The notes under the pieces were generated by a model. That model was not told the DNA's origin and made no database searches. It saw nothing but the letters and a program-made list of their open reading frames with translations. Shown here in pieces: positions 18,579 through 27,982 of a stretch of DNA of 64,000 nt; positions within the stretch are counted from its first letter, which is position 1; the number at the start of each line of letters is the position of its first letter. The stretch comes from Acidimicrobiia bacterium. Lineage in GTDB: Bacteria > Actinomycetota > Acidimicrobiia > Spongiisociales > JAENVV01. The stretch spans positions 4,221 to 68,220 of the forward strand of contig JBFGJH010000001.1 of NCBI GenBank assembly GCA_041577335.1. The letters are read 5' to 3'. The translations under genes and the position numbers were made by a program.

Positions 18579-19964
18579 CTAATCGGCGGCTTCGGTGAGG
18601 CTCTCGCTGAGCGAGGGGTGGACCATGAGGGTTTCGACGAGTGATTCCACCCGGACTCGCCCTTGGACCGCCAGGGCCAGGATTCCGATCAGCTCACTCG
18701 CCCGGTAGCCGACGATGGTCCCACCGAGGATCTCGTGAGTCGCCGGGTCAGAGAACACCTTTACGAAGCCGCGGGGTTTGCCCTGGATGAGCGCTCGGCT
18801 ATTGGCAGCGAACGGTACTTTGGTGGTGCGTATGCGCCGACCCGCCGCAGTGATTTCGGCCTCTTCGAGGCCGACCGAGGCAATCTCCGGCTCGGTGAAG
18901 ACCGCTTGCGCCACCTTGGAGTAGTCGATCGGTGTCACCTGGAACCCGAGAGCATGCCGGGCGATCTTGCGTCCCTGCATCGACGCCACCGACGACAGGG
19001 GCATCTGCCCGGTGACGTCGCCTGCGGCGTATATGTGGGCGGCGCTGCTCCGCTGATACTCGTCGACGTTGATATACCCGTGTTCGGATTTCACCTCGGC
19101 TGCTTCGAGCCCGAGCTCGGCGGTGTTGGGGACCGATCCAATCGCCAAGAGCGCATGACTCCCCTCGATCCGGCGGCCGTCGCCGACCAGGACGGTGACG
19201 CCGTGCTCGGACTGCTCGATCCCAACGGCACGGGCGCCTTTGAGCAGATTCACCTTGCGCTCGAGAAAGTCTTGTTCGATGACGGCGGCAACCTCAGGAT
19301 CCCGATGAGGAAGCACTTGCTGACGACTCACCAGGAGCGTCACCTCGCTACCCAGCGACGCGAAGATGTTGACGAACTCGACGCCCGTCACGCCCGAGCC
19401 GATGATGACGATGTGGCCGGGTGGCTCGTGCATGTCGTACGCGTGGCGAGTCGTCATGACCCGTTCACCGTCGACCTCCGCCCAATCAGGAATGCGAGGA
19501 TCCGATCCGGTCGATACCAGCGCCAAGTCGAATTCGATGTGAACCTCACCATTGTCGGTGACCGCCACAGCTTCGTGCGTACCCGTGAAGTGCGCCTTTC
19601 CTCTCAGCATGCGAACGCCTTGGTCTTCGAGGATCTCGGTAGCGTTCCTGGAAAGGTCACTCGAGACCTCGCCAATCCGATGAGACAGCCTGTTGAGGTC
19701 GATTCCTCCACCCTCCACGACGTAGCCCAGCTTGTCGGCGTCGAGCACCGACAACTTGCGGTGAGAGGCGGCGACCATTGCCTTCGACGGTATGCAATCC
19801 CACAGGTGGGCAGCTCCGCCGACGATCGACGATTCGACGAGCGTAACGTCGGCGCCGAGGGCAGCAGCCATGGTGGCGGCCATGGATCCCGCAGGGCCCG
19901 CGCCGATGATCAGAAAACGGGGACGCGGGTCTTCATGCATCGGTGTCATTCCTCCTCGGATCAC
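18579..19964 (-). CDS. LpdA-type flavoprotein disulfide reductase homolog with a single active-site Cys (NAD(P)H quinone reductase-like)
   Basis: FAD motif IIGAGPAG. Active-site segment [13 protein letters not shown] has one Cys instead of the canonical C-x4-C, as in mycobacterial LpdA Rv3303c. C-terminal HPSLSE. GTG start overlaps the mutase stop (GTGA). Confidence 0.8.
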   Translation of the reverse strand: MIRGGMTPMHEDPRPRFLIIGAGPAGSMAATMAAALGADVTLVESSIVGGAAHLWDCIPSKAMVAASHRKLSVLDADKLGYVVEGGGIDLNRLSHRIGEVSSDLSRNATEILEDQGVRMLRGKAHFTGTHEAVAVTDNGEVHIEFDLALVSTGSDPRIPDWAEVDGERVMTTRHAYDMHEPPGHIVIIGSGVTGVEFVNIFASLGSEVTLLVSRQQVLPHRDPEVAAVIEQDFLERKVNLLKGARAVGIEQSEHGVTVLVGDGRRIEGSHALLAIGSVPNTAELGLEAAEVKSEHGYINVDEYQRSSAAHIYAAGDVTGQMPLSSVASMQGRKIARHALGFQVTPIDYSKVAQAVFTEPEIASVGLEEAEITAAGRRIRTTKVPFAANSRALIQGKPRGFVKVFSDPATHEILGGTIVGYRASELIGILALAVQGRVRVESLVETLMVHPSLSESLTEAAD

Positions 19965-21514
19965 GCGGTAGGACGATAGACCCCAAACACGTCCCGCAGC
20001 GCATCTGACACGTCGCCGACGGTGGCTCCGTTCGCTAGCGCTCTCTTCATGGGCGGAAGCAGATTGCCTGAAGTGGCCGCCACGGCCCGAATGTCGTCCA
20101 GGTGGCGGCTGACCGTTTCCTGGTCGGTCTCCTTGCGGTGAGCCGACAGTCGTTCCCGCTGGTGCTGTTCGAGGCGAGGATCCACCGTCGTCGGCAGATG
20201 AGGAATTGTTTCTTCATCGACGAATCGGTTCACACCGACGACGACCTGACGCTGATCTTCTATGGCTCGCGCCACCTCATAAGCCGAGTCTTCGATCAGC
20301 CGCTGTGGATATCCGGCTTCGATGGCCGCGATGGCTCCGCCTCGAGCATCGATGGCTTCGATCACGGTGCCAGCCTCGGCCACGATTCGGTCGGTGAGCG
20401 ATTCAACGAAATAGGAACCCGCCATGGGATCCACGGTGTCGGCGACCGCCGATTCGAACGCCAGCACCTGCTGAGTGCGCAATGCCAGAGTCGCCGATTC
20501 TTCCGTCGGCAGACCGAGTGCCTCGTCAAAGGAGTTGGTGTGCAGGGATTGGGTCCCGCCGAGCACGGCGGCCAACGCCTGCACCGTGGTCCGAACAACG
20601 TTGTTGTAGGGCTGCTGGGCGGTGAGGGTGCTGCCGGCGGTTTGCGTGTGGAACCGCATCGCCCATGCTTTGGGGTCCGTGGCGCCGACTCGATCGCGCA
20701 TGAGGTGTGCCCACAGCCGGCGGGCTGCCCGGTATTTGGCAATTTCCTCGAAGAACTGGTTGTGGCCGTTCCAGAAGAACGACAGGCGGGGTGCGAACAC
20801 ATCCACGTCGAGGCCGGCTTCGATCGCAGCTTCGACGTAGGCGAGGGCGTTCGCCAAGGTGAGGGCGACCTCCTCCACGGCCGTGGAGCCTGCTTCGCGG
20901 ATGTGATATCCCGAAATCGAAATTGTGTTCCATTCCGGCATCACCTCCGCGCAGTACCCGAACAGGTCTGTGACGAGGCGCATCGAATCGCGGGGCGGGT
21001 AGATGTAGGTGCCACGGGCTATGTATTCCTTGAGCACGTCGTTTTGCACCGTTCCGCGCAGTTGCTCTGGGCCGATGCCCCGTTCCTCCGCAACCAATTG
21101 ATACAACAGCAGCAGGATCGGCGCCGTCGAGTTGATGGTCATCGAGGTGGAAACCTCATCGAGCGGCAGCCCGTCCAACAACACTCGCATATCGTCGAGG
21201 GAGTCGATAGCAACGCCGACTTTACCGACCTCTCCCTCAGCCAGTTCGTGATCGGAGTCCAGGCCCATTTGTGTCGGGAGGTCGAAAGCGACCGACAGGC
21301 CGGTCTGCCCGGCATCGAGCAATTGCCGGAAGCGAGCATTGGTGGCAGCAGCCGTGCCGAAGCCCGCGTACTGGCGCATCGTCCACAGCCGTCCCCGATA
21401 CATGGTTGGATACGGTCCCCGAGTGAACGGGAACTCGCCCGGTTTCTCACCGTCAGGTGTGCCGTATACTGCATCGACGGGGATGCCACTCGATGTCTTT
21501 CGCTCGGGTGTCAC
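19961..21514 (-). CDS. Methylmalonyl-CoA mutase catalytic (substrate-binding TIM-barrel) domain only; no B12-binding domain
   Basis: 517 aa. [11 protein letters not shown] (Tyr, MCM-type) and [13 protein letters not shown] (Arg, MCM-type) specificity residues; no DxHxxG cobalamin domain. Confidence 0.85.
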   Translation of the reverse strand: MTPERKTSSGIPVDAVYGTPDGEKPGEFPFTRGPYPTMYRGRLWTMRQYAGFGTAAATNARFRQLLDAGQTGLSVAFDLPTQMGLDSDHELAEGEVGKVGVAIDSLDDMRVLLDGLPLDEVSTSMTINSTAPILLLLYQLVAEERGIGPEQLRGTVQNDVLKEYIARGTYIYPPRDSMRLVTDLFGYCAEVMPEWNTISISGYHIREAGSTAVEEVALTLANALAYVEAAIEAGLDVDVFAPRLSFFWNGHNQFFEEIAKYRAARRLWAHLMRDRVGATDPKAWAMRFHTQTAGSTLTAQQPYNNVVRTTVQALAAVLGGTQSLHTNSFDEALGLPTEESATLALRTQQVLAFESAVADTVDPMAGSYFVESLTDRIVAEAGTVIEAIDARGGAIAAIEAGYPQRLIEDSAYEVARAIEDQRQVVVGVNRFVDEETIPHLPTTVDPRLEQHQRERLSAHRKETDQETVSRHLDDIRAVAATSGNLLPPMKRALANGATVGDVSDALRDVFGVYRPTA

Positions 21515-21600
21515 CTGCTAGGCCTCGATTCTGGGTATTCTGCGTGCTCGTGGGATGCTACCCGCAACTATTTCGGCTTCTCCTTCGTTAGAAACCCGAC

Positions 21601-24084
21601 ATGATTTCACGTTCCGCCATTCATGAGCTCGAGAAACGCGACCGGCGCGGTCGCGGGTTCATCGCCATCCTCATGCTGGTTGCGATTTCAGTCTTGGCGT
21701 CGTCATGGGTGGGCTTGTTCTCGTTCATGACTGCCTCGGCCGCCCATGGGAGCTTCGTCGAAGTCGAAGAGAAGTACGTTCCCGATGTCGAGTCCGAGAC
21801 GCTCAACTTCCCCGACCTGTCGCGAGTGTCCCGCGTCTATGCGTCCAACGGAACACTCCTCGCCGAGCTCCACGATGGAAGGGTCTCTGAGCCCGTCCGG
21901 TTCGAGGATGTGCCTGACGAAGTGATCTATGCGGTACTGGCGGCCGAGGATGAGGACTTCTTCGAACACGAGGGTGTTGACTTCGAGGCGATCATCTCCG
22001 CGGCCCGCGACAACCTCCTATCGGATACGACGCGTGGTGGGTCGACGATCACCCAACAGATCGTCAAGAAGAACTTCGTCGGCGACGAGCAGACCATCAA
22101 GCGCAAGATCCGTGAAGCCGTCACCGCCATCGAGCTGGAACGAAGGTATTCGAAGGAACAAATCCTCGAGTTCTACCTCAACTCGGTGTATTTCGGAGCC
22201 AGCGCGTACGGCGTGAACGCCGCCGCCCACGAGTTCTATCAGAAAGACCTGGAAGAGCTTTCGATTGCCGAGGCAGCCACACTTGCCGTCCTCCCCAGAA
22301 ACCCGACCGAATTCAATCCGCGCAAGAACGCCGAGGCGGTCCTCGACCGGCGCGATGAGGTGATCCGGGAGATGTTCGAGAACGGTTTCATCACCGCAGC
22401 CGCTCGGGACGCTGCCTGGGATGAACCGCTCAATATCTCCGATCCGGTGTCGTTCGTCAGCCCCGCCGACCATGTTGTGGCCGAGGTCAAACGCCAGCTC
22501 TTGAGCGAACCAGAATTCGACTTCCTGGGCGAGACGCGCGAAGAGCGGAAGGTCGCCATCTTCGGATGCCCGGCCGACGATGTCGACTGCGCCGGCGGCG
22601 GTGGTCTCGACATCGTCCTCACCATCGACCTCGAGCTTCAGGACACGGCCAACGAGATGCTCCAGAGTTGGTTGCCGGTCCCAACCGACCCCGAACTCAG
22701 CGCTCCAACGGGCGCAATCGCCATGGTCGAGAACTGGACCGGCGCCGTTCGGGTGATGGCTTCGGGGCTGCCGTTCGAGCAAGAACAATTCGACCTCGCC
22801 GTTCAGGGTCGGAGAAACCCCGGGTCATCGTTCAAGCCATTCGCACTGGTCGCCGGTCTCGAGTCGGGCAAGTCGCTCAACTCCTACTTCGACGCCTCCA
22901 GCCCCAAGGATGTCGAGTGCCCCTACGTGTGCTCGTCGCTCGGGAACATATGGCGGGTGAGCAACGCCGGCGGTGGCCGGTCGGGCCTCATGCGTCTCTT
23001 CGATGCAACGTACAACTCGGTCAACACGGTGTACGCGCAGTTGGCTGTGGAGGTCGGGCCCGAGAACATCGCCGACGCAGCGCACCGGATGGGAATCCAG
23101 TCTGACCTCGAAGAGGTGCCGTCGATTGCCTTGGGTGCCGGCGCGGTGAGCCCCCTCGAGATGGCGTCGGCGTATACCAACTTTGCCACCAACGGCCAGT
23201 GGTCCAAGCCATACATCGTTGAATCGATCCAGGACCGGGCCGGGACATCGATCTATGCCCATCAACCCAATCCCATTCAGACCATCGAGCCGTCGCTGGC
23301 TGCGGCAGCTCGCCAACCGCTGGAGTTGGTGCCGACCGGCTCCGGAACTGCTCGCCGAGCCAACCTCGGTGGCCGGCCCCAGGGCGGCAAGACCGGGACG
23401 CACCAGAACTTCATGGAGGCGTGGTACGTCGGATTCGTGGCGCAGTATTCGACAGCCGTCTGGATTGGCTTCCCCGAAGAGCAGATCCCGCTCACCAATG
23501 TCGTCATCAACGGCCAGAACTTCAGCAGGGTCTTCGGCGGCACCGGGCCGGCCCCCCTGTGGAAGGCGTTCATGGACATCGCCCTCACAGGTGTTCCCGT
23601 CGAGGACTTCCCTCCCGATCCGGCGGGAGTGTCTTCCTTCTTCTTCACGCCAACCACCACCGTGCCCGGCGTCGTCGGGGAGAACCAGAGCCAAGCGACG
23701 CGAGCGCTCTTGAACGCCCATTTGAATGCTGCCGTCGTCGAGGTGCCATCGATCGAGCCGGAAGGGACGGTCGTCGCTCAGTCACCAGAGGCAGGGGCGG
23801 TCATCAGCGAGGGCTCGGCAGTGACGATCGAAGTATCGACAGGCATCATCGAGGTGCCACTGCCCGACCTCATCGGCCTTGCCCAAGGTCAGGTGGGCGC
23901 GGCCCTTGCCAACTGGCAGGAGGCAAATGGCGTCACCATCACGTTCAGCTTCGAATTCCTCGTGCGCGAGAAGGTCGAGAAACAGGGAATTGTCCTCCAG
24001 ACGACGCCGCGCCCCGGCGCGATGATCGAGGACGGCGGCCATCTCATCGTGACGGTCGGCGTCCCACCCGAGGACGACGGCTGA
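21601..24084 (+). CDS. Class A penicillin-binding protein (transglycosylase + transpeptidase) with a C-terminal PASTA domain
   Basis: 827 aa. N-terminal TM; GT51 motifs ED..F..H.G, GGSTITQQ, RKxxE; SxxK transpeptidase; PASTA-like tail. Confidence 0.9.
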   Translation: MISRSAIHELEKRDRRGRGFIAILMLVAISVLASSWVGLFSFMTASAAHGSFVEVEEKYVPDVESETLNFPDLSRVSRVYASNGTLLAELHDGRVSEPVRFEDVPDEVIYAVLAAEDEDFFEHEGVDFEAIISAARDNLLSDTTRGGSTITQQIVKKNFVGDEQTIKRKIREAVTAIELERRYSKEQILEFYLNSVYFGASAYGVNAAAHEFYQKDLEELSIAEAATLAVLPRNPTEFNPRKNAEAVLDRRDEVIREMFENGFITAAARDAAWDEPLNISDPVSFVSPADHVVAEVKRQLLSEPEFDFLGETREERKVAIFGCPADDVDCAGGGGLDIVLTIDLELQDTANEMLQSWLPVPTDPELSAPTGAIAMVENWTGAVRVMASGLPFEQEQFDLAVQGRRNPGSSFKPFALVAGLESGKSLNSYFDASSPKDVECPYVCSSLGNIWRVSNAGGGRSGLMRLFDATYNSVNTVYAQLAVEVGPENIADAAHRMGIQSDLEEVPSIALGAGAVSPLEMASAYTNFATNGQWSKPYIVESIQDRAGTSIYAHQPNPIQTIEPSLAAAARQPLELVPTGSGTARRANLGGRPQGGKTGTHQNFMEAWYVGFVAQYSTAVWIGFPEEQIPLTNVVINGQNFSRVFGGTGPAPLWKAFMDIALTGVPVEDFPPDPAGVSSFFFTPTTTVPGVVGENQSQATRALLNAHLNAAVVEVPSIEPEGTVVAQSPEAGAVISEGSAVTIEVSTGIIEVPLPDLIGLAQGQVGAALANWQEANGVTITFSFEFLVREKVEKQGIVLQTTPRPGAMIEDGGHLIVTVGVPPEDDG

Positions 24085-24114
24085 GCGTTTTTTCGCGACC
24101 TCCTTCCGAGGTAG

Positions 24115-24597
24115 TTGACGCTAACTGATCCTTTTTGTTATCAAACTGGTATGGCTACCGTCCTGCCCGAGGAAATGCATCAGGAAGCTCGTCCTCCCGT
24201 TGCAACCCACGTCGCGCCCCCCTCGGGCAGGGTCGGTCGCCCCTCCATGTTCGTCAGGCCGCTCATCACACCGGTCGCGTTGACGAGAGCAGCGCCGTTC
24301 GGCGCCCCGGGCAACGGGCGGCAGTTCGATGTCCGCCATCTCTATGTCCGCAGATTTTGGACGGCGCTCCTCGGCCCGGCGGCGATCACCGATCTTCTCC
24401 GGTTGGCACAGGCCGCCAAGGAGGGAAAGCGGCTCCGTCTCCCGCATACGATGGCCATTTTGCTCACAGAGGGCCTCGCCGCCCGCCTCACCGAAACACG
24501 ATTTGGAGTTGCGAGTTCGGTAAAGGAACTCCACCCGCACCAACTCGAGCGGCTGCCGCCCGCGCTCCGGCGTGAGGCCGGCGGCTATTCCTCCTGA
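24115..24597 (+). CDS. Hypothetical protein, possibly co-transcribed with the PBP gene
   Basis: 160-aa ORF with high GC3 (~78%), 30 nt after the PBP stop. No recognizable motif; the start may be the internal ATG at 24151. Confidence 0.35.
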   Translation: MTLTDPFCYQTGMATVLPEEMHQEARPPVATHVAPPSGRVGRPSMFVRPLITPVALTRAAPFGAPGNGRQFDVRHLYVRRFWTALLGPAAITDLLRLAQAAKEGKRLRLPHTMAILLTEGLAARLTETRFGVASSVKELHPHQLERLPPALRREAGGYSS

Positions 24598-25436
24598 AGG
24601 CCGAGCAGGCGCCGGGCGTTGCCCACGAGCACCGCCTCGGTGACGTCGGCGTCCATGTCGAGGGCTCCCCAGGCCTTGAGCCATCGGTCGGGAGTGATGA
24701 ACGGAAAGTCGGTGCCGAACAACACCCGATCCCTGAGCGGGCCACGGATAGCTGCCAGCAACTCGTCGTCGAAATACTTGGGAGACCAGCCCGATAGCTC
24801 GAGGTAGAGGTTCGGCTTGTGAACCGCAAAGGCAATCGCCTCCGACTGCCATGGCGTGGCCGGATGGGCCATCACGATCTTCAACGAGGGGAAGTACGAA
24901 GCCACATCATCGAGATGAACCGGGTGGGCAAAGCGGTGTCGAATCCCTGCCCCACCAGGCATGCCGGCTCCCAAGGCTGTTACTCCGGTGTGGAACAGGA
25001 GCGTCAGTCCGTACGCTTGCGCTTCTTCATAGATGGGAAAGACCGACTCGTTGGCGGGATCGAAGCGCTGGGCCGAAGGGTGGAACTTCAGCCCGATGAG
25101 ACCTGCCTTGGCAGCTTCGCCCACTCCCAGAACCGCGGCTGCCCCTTTATGGGGATCAACGGATCCGAAACCCACGAACACGTCAGGATGGGCATCGACG
25201 ATTTCGGCAACCGCCTTGGTGCCGAAGGGAGCCAAACCGGTAGCCGTCTCGGCGTCCCAACCCAACAGCACCGCCCGCCCGTCGAGAGCTCGGTAGTAGT
25301 CGGCGATTTGTTCGGCGGTCATTACCGGGAATTTCCGGCGAAAAGTCGCTTCCAGACTGGGAATATACGGAGCGAAAACACCTTCGATCACGGCCGGGAC
25401 CGGAGGGTGGACGTGGAGGTCGATGAATGCCGTCAC
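24585..25436 (-). CDS. Amidohydrolase-2 family (TIM-barrel metal-dependent hydrolase/decarboxylase)
   Basis: DLHVHPP N-terminal metal-binding H-x-H; conserved His/Asp (HTG...FGTDFP). GTG start forms a GTGA overlap with the upstream small ORF. Confidence 0.8.
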   Translation of the reverse strand: MTAFIDLHVHPPVPAVIEGVFAPYIPSLEATFRRKFPVMTAEQIADYYRALDGRAVLLGWDAETATGLAPFGTKAVAEIVDAHPDVFVGFGSVDPHKGAAAVLGVGEAAKAGLIGLKFHPSAQRFDPANESVFPIYEEAQAYGLTLLFHTGVTALGAGMPGGAGIRHRFAHPVHLDDVASYFPSLKIVMAHPATPWQSEAIAFAVHKPNLYLELSGWSPKYFDDELLAAIRGPLRDRVLFGTDFPFITPDRWLKAWGALDMDADVTEAVLVGNARRLLGLQEE

Positions 25437-25636
25437 CGCGGACGAAAACCGCGGTTGATGGCCTCTGGGAGTGAGTCGGGCCCGAAGGCCGATACGAGGT
25501 TGCGCATGACCAAGTCGTCGTCGGTGTTTCGCTGATCAAGCTCGGCGAATTGATCGTCAGCGTCGCAGTCATAGACGATCATCGTGTCGCGCGCCCCCAA
25601 GAACCGGTACTCCTCGAAACGTCGCAGCCTACCCAC
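25433..25636 (-). CDS. Small hypothetical protein (67 aa) between the mutase and amidohydrolase genes
   Basis: High GC3. Stop overlaps the amidohydrolase GTG start (GTGA); 11 nt after the mutase stop. Confidence 0.35.
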   Translation of the reverse strand: MGRLRRFEEYRFLGARDTMIVYDCDADDQFAELDQRNTDDDLVMRNLVSAFGPDSLPEAINRGFRPR

Positions 25637-25647
25637 GTGAACCCTCG

Positions 25648-27306
25648 CTAGATCTGTGCTCGTTCAGTGTAGGTTCCGAATACGCCTTTCAGGATCTCCA
25701 CGATCTCTCCCTGGGTAGCTCGCACCCGGGTGGCTTCGACGAGCGGCAACATCAGATTCGTATCGCCGGCCGCAGCAATGCGAATCCTTTCGAGAGCGTC
25801 TTGCACCAGCTCCTCGTCCCGGTTCTCGCGGACAGTCTTGAGCGCCCGGCATTGGGCCGCCTCCACCTCGGAGGAGATCCGCATGATCTCGATCGGCTCG
25901 GCGGTTTCGGAGGCGTGGACGGTGACACCGACCACATGCCGGTCTCCCGTCTCGAGCGCTTGCTCGTAGCGATAGGCCGAGTCGGCGATCGCTGCTTGAA
26001 AATAACCCTCTTCGATTCCTTTGAGCGTGCCGTCGAGCATGGAGCCATCACCGAGGGCATCGACGTGCGCCAAGATCTCTTCGGCAGCCGTTTCGATGCG
26101 ATCAGTCATCTCCTCCACGAGCCAGGATCCACCCAATGGATCGATCACATCGGCCACGCCGGTCTCCAGGGCGAGCACCTGCTGGGTGCGAAGCGCTATT
26201 TCGGCAGCCCTGGCCGTCGGGAGCGCATAGACCTCGTCGAGCGCATTGGTATGAAGGCTCTGCGTGCCACCGAACACGGCCGCCAGAGCCTCGATCGCCG
26301 TGCGGACGATGTTGTTCTCCGGCTGCTGCGCGGTGAGCGATACTCCAGCTGTTTGTGCGTGGGTACGGAGCTTCAAGGATCGTTCGTCCTTGGCGCCGTA
26401 CCGGTCGCTCATCCAGCGAGCCCAGATTCTCCGGGCCGCCCGGAACTTGTCGATCTCTTCGAAGAAGTCGATGTGAGCGTCGAAGAAGAAGGAAAGCCGG
26501 GGGGCCACCATGTCCACATCCATTCCGGCCCGCTCGGCTGCTTCGACATAGGCGAAGCCATCGCCCAGAGTGAATGCAAGCTCCTGCGTCGCCGTGGATC
26601 CGGCCTCGCGGATGTGGTATCCGGACACCGAAATGGTGTTCCAACGAGGAACGTGCTCCGCGCAAAAGGCCATCATGTCGGTGGTCAGTCGCAGATGGGC
26701 TGTCGGGGGGAAGATCCACTCCTTCTGGGCAATGTATTCCTTGAGGATGTCATTCTGGAGCGTGCCGCCGAGCGAGTTCCACGCCACCCCCTGTTCCTCG
26801 GCAGCGACCAGAAACTGGGCAAAGAGGATCTGGGCAGGGCCATTGATGGTCATCGACACGGTCACGTCATCGAGGTCGATGCCGGCGAAGAGGGCTGCCA
26901 TATCTTCTGCGCTGTCGATGGCAACCCCGCAGTGACCGACCTCGCCCAGCGACATGGGGTGATCAGAGTCGTAGCCCATGAGCGTCGGCATGTCGAACGC
27001 AACCGACAGACCGTGCTGCCCCGAGGCCAGTAGCTGACGGAACCGTGAGTTGGTGGCCCCGGCATCGGCGAATCCGGCGAACTGGCGCTGAGTCCACAAC
27101 TTGCCGCGATAGCCGGTGGCGTGAATCCCACGGGTATAGGGAAACGCGCCGGGATAGCCGATCTGGCTCGGAACGTCATCGGGAGCGGGAAGGTCGGGTA
27201 GCTCGACTCCGGACAAAGTCTCGAATCGATCGCGACGCTTCGAGCCGCGGTCATATGCATCACGCCATTCATTGCTCATTGATCGACCGTCACTTCCTCG
27301 CGGCAA
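25648..27306 (-). CDS. Isobutyryl-CoA mutase-like large (catalytic) subunit (IcmA-type acyl-CoA mutase), no B12-binding domain
   Basis: 552 aa. WTQRQFAGFAD (Phe) and KEYIAQKEWIFPP (Gln) match the ICM-type specificity pair (Phe/Gln rather than the MCM Tyr/Arg). No cobalamin-binding motif. Confidence 0.8.
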   Translation of the reverse strand: MPRGSDGRSMSNEWRDAYDRGSKRRDRFETLSGVELPDLPAPDDVPSQIGYPGAFPYTRGIHATGYRGKLWTQRQFAGFADAGATNSRFRQLLASGQHGLSVAFDMPTLMGYDSDHPMSLGEVGHCGVAIDSAEDMAALFAGIDLDDVTVSMTINGPAQILFAQFLVAAEEQGVAWNSLGGTLQNDILKEYIAQKEWIFPPTAHLRLTTDMMAFCAEHVPRWNTISVSGYHIREAGSTATQELAFTLGDGFAYVEAAERAGMDVDMVAPRLSFFFDAHIDFFEEIDKFRAARRIWARWMSDRYGAKDERSLKLRTHAQTAGVSLTAQQPENNIVRTAIEALAAVFGGTQSLHTNALDEVYALPTARAAEIALRTQQVLALETGVADVIDPLGGSWLVEEMTDRIETAAEEILAHVDALGDGSMLDGTLKGIEEGYFQAAIADSAYRYEQALETGDRHVVGVTVHASETAEPIEIMRISSEVEAAQCRALKTVRENRDEELVQDALERIRIAAAGDTNLMLPLVEATRVRATQGEIVEILKGVFGTYTERAQI

Positions 27307-27539
27307 TTGGGGCAGATGGCGGAATCCACTTCGCCGACGATGAACTCAAAATCACATCCCGGGCATCTCACTCGAGCCGCCGGCGGAGCCGATTCCACCG
27401 GAGGCACCACCTCGGACACTGCCGGGGGCTCCGCCGCGGCCGGAGACACCTGATTGGTCGTACCACACGCCGGACATTGGAAGCGCCCGGCGCCAGAAAC
27501 CTCGATCGTGGCGCCGCACCGCCCGCAGCGTGCGATCAT
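27276..27539 (-). CDS. Double zinc-ribbon protein (two CxxC-x(n)-CxxC modules)
   Basis: 87 aa. CGRCG...CPACG and CPGCD...CPNC. Overlaps the mutase start by 31 nt and the upstream gene by ATGA. Confidence 0.5.
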   Translation of the reverse strand: MIARCGRCGATIEVSGAGRFQCPACGTTNQVSPAAAEPPAVSEVVPPVESAPPAARVRCPGCDFEFIVGEVDSAICPNCREEVTVDQ

Positions 27540-27979
27540 TTCTCGTCCTCCTTCACCGGATCGGCAACAGCGCCGATCGACTGCAGGTATGTTCCTTGAT
27601 GCTCGAGCACCTCACCAACCACCTCCGGGGCGTAGGCCGCATCTCGCAATGCCGCCTGTTCGACGATGAACGCGATCGCCTCGGGGGTGTCTCCGACGAT
27701 CACCGAGCCCGCTCCGCGCGGCACACCCTTGACAGACTCCTGGAGATAGAACACCTGCCATTCGAGGATACGAAGCACATCGGACCTTTGCAGGGCGCCG
27801 CGCGCACTCTCACTCAGTCGCTCCCAAATCCACCCGGTCGCGTCCGCCAGCACATACTCGTAGGGCTCTCGGGTACGAAACCGCCACTTGGGTCCTTCTT
27901 GCACGACAAGCATCGCCACCAATCCTAGAAACACCGCTACCAAAACCGCCGCCAACGCAACGGCAGTGACGCCCCGCAC
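27536..27979 (-). CDS. Membrane-anchored hypothetical protein
   Basis: 147 aa. N-terminal TM helix (VALAAVLVAVFLGLVAMLVV); 4 nt after the ACAD stop. Confidence 0.5.
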   Translation of the reverse strand: MRGVTAVALAAVLVAVFLGLVAMLVVQEGPKWRFRTREPYEYVLADATGWIWERLSESARGALQRSDVLRILEWQVFYLQESVKGVPRGAGSVIVGDTPEAIAFIVEQAALRDAAYAPEVVGEVLEHQGTYLQSIGAVADPVKEDEK

Positions 27980-27982
27980 AGA

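Noticed and set aside
20102-21604. 500-aa plus-strand ORF antisense to the MCM-like mutase gene. Similar shadows are 18663-19979 over the lpdA-like gene, 25801-27033 over the IcmA-like gene, 31121-31972 and 32669-33667 over the DGC/PDE gene, 56176-57057 over sufD, and 59594-60550 over sufB.
   Set aside because: Antisense shadow ORFs. The opposite strand carries unambiguous conserved-motif proteins, and the shadow translations are low-complexity.
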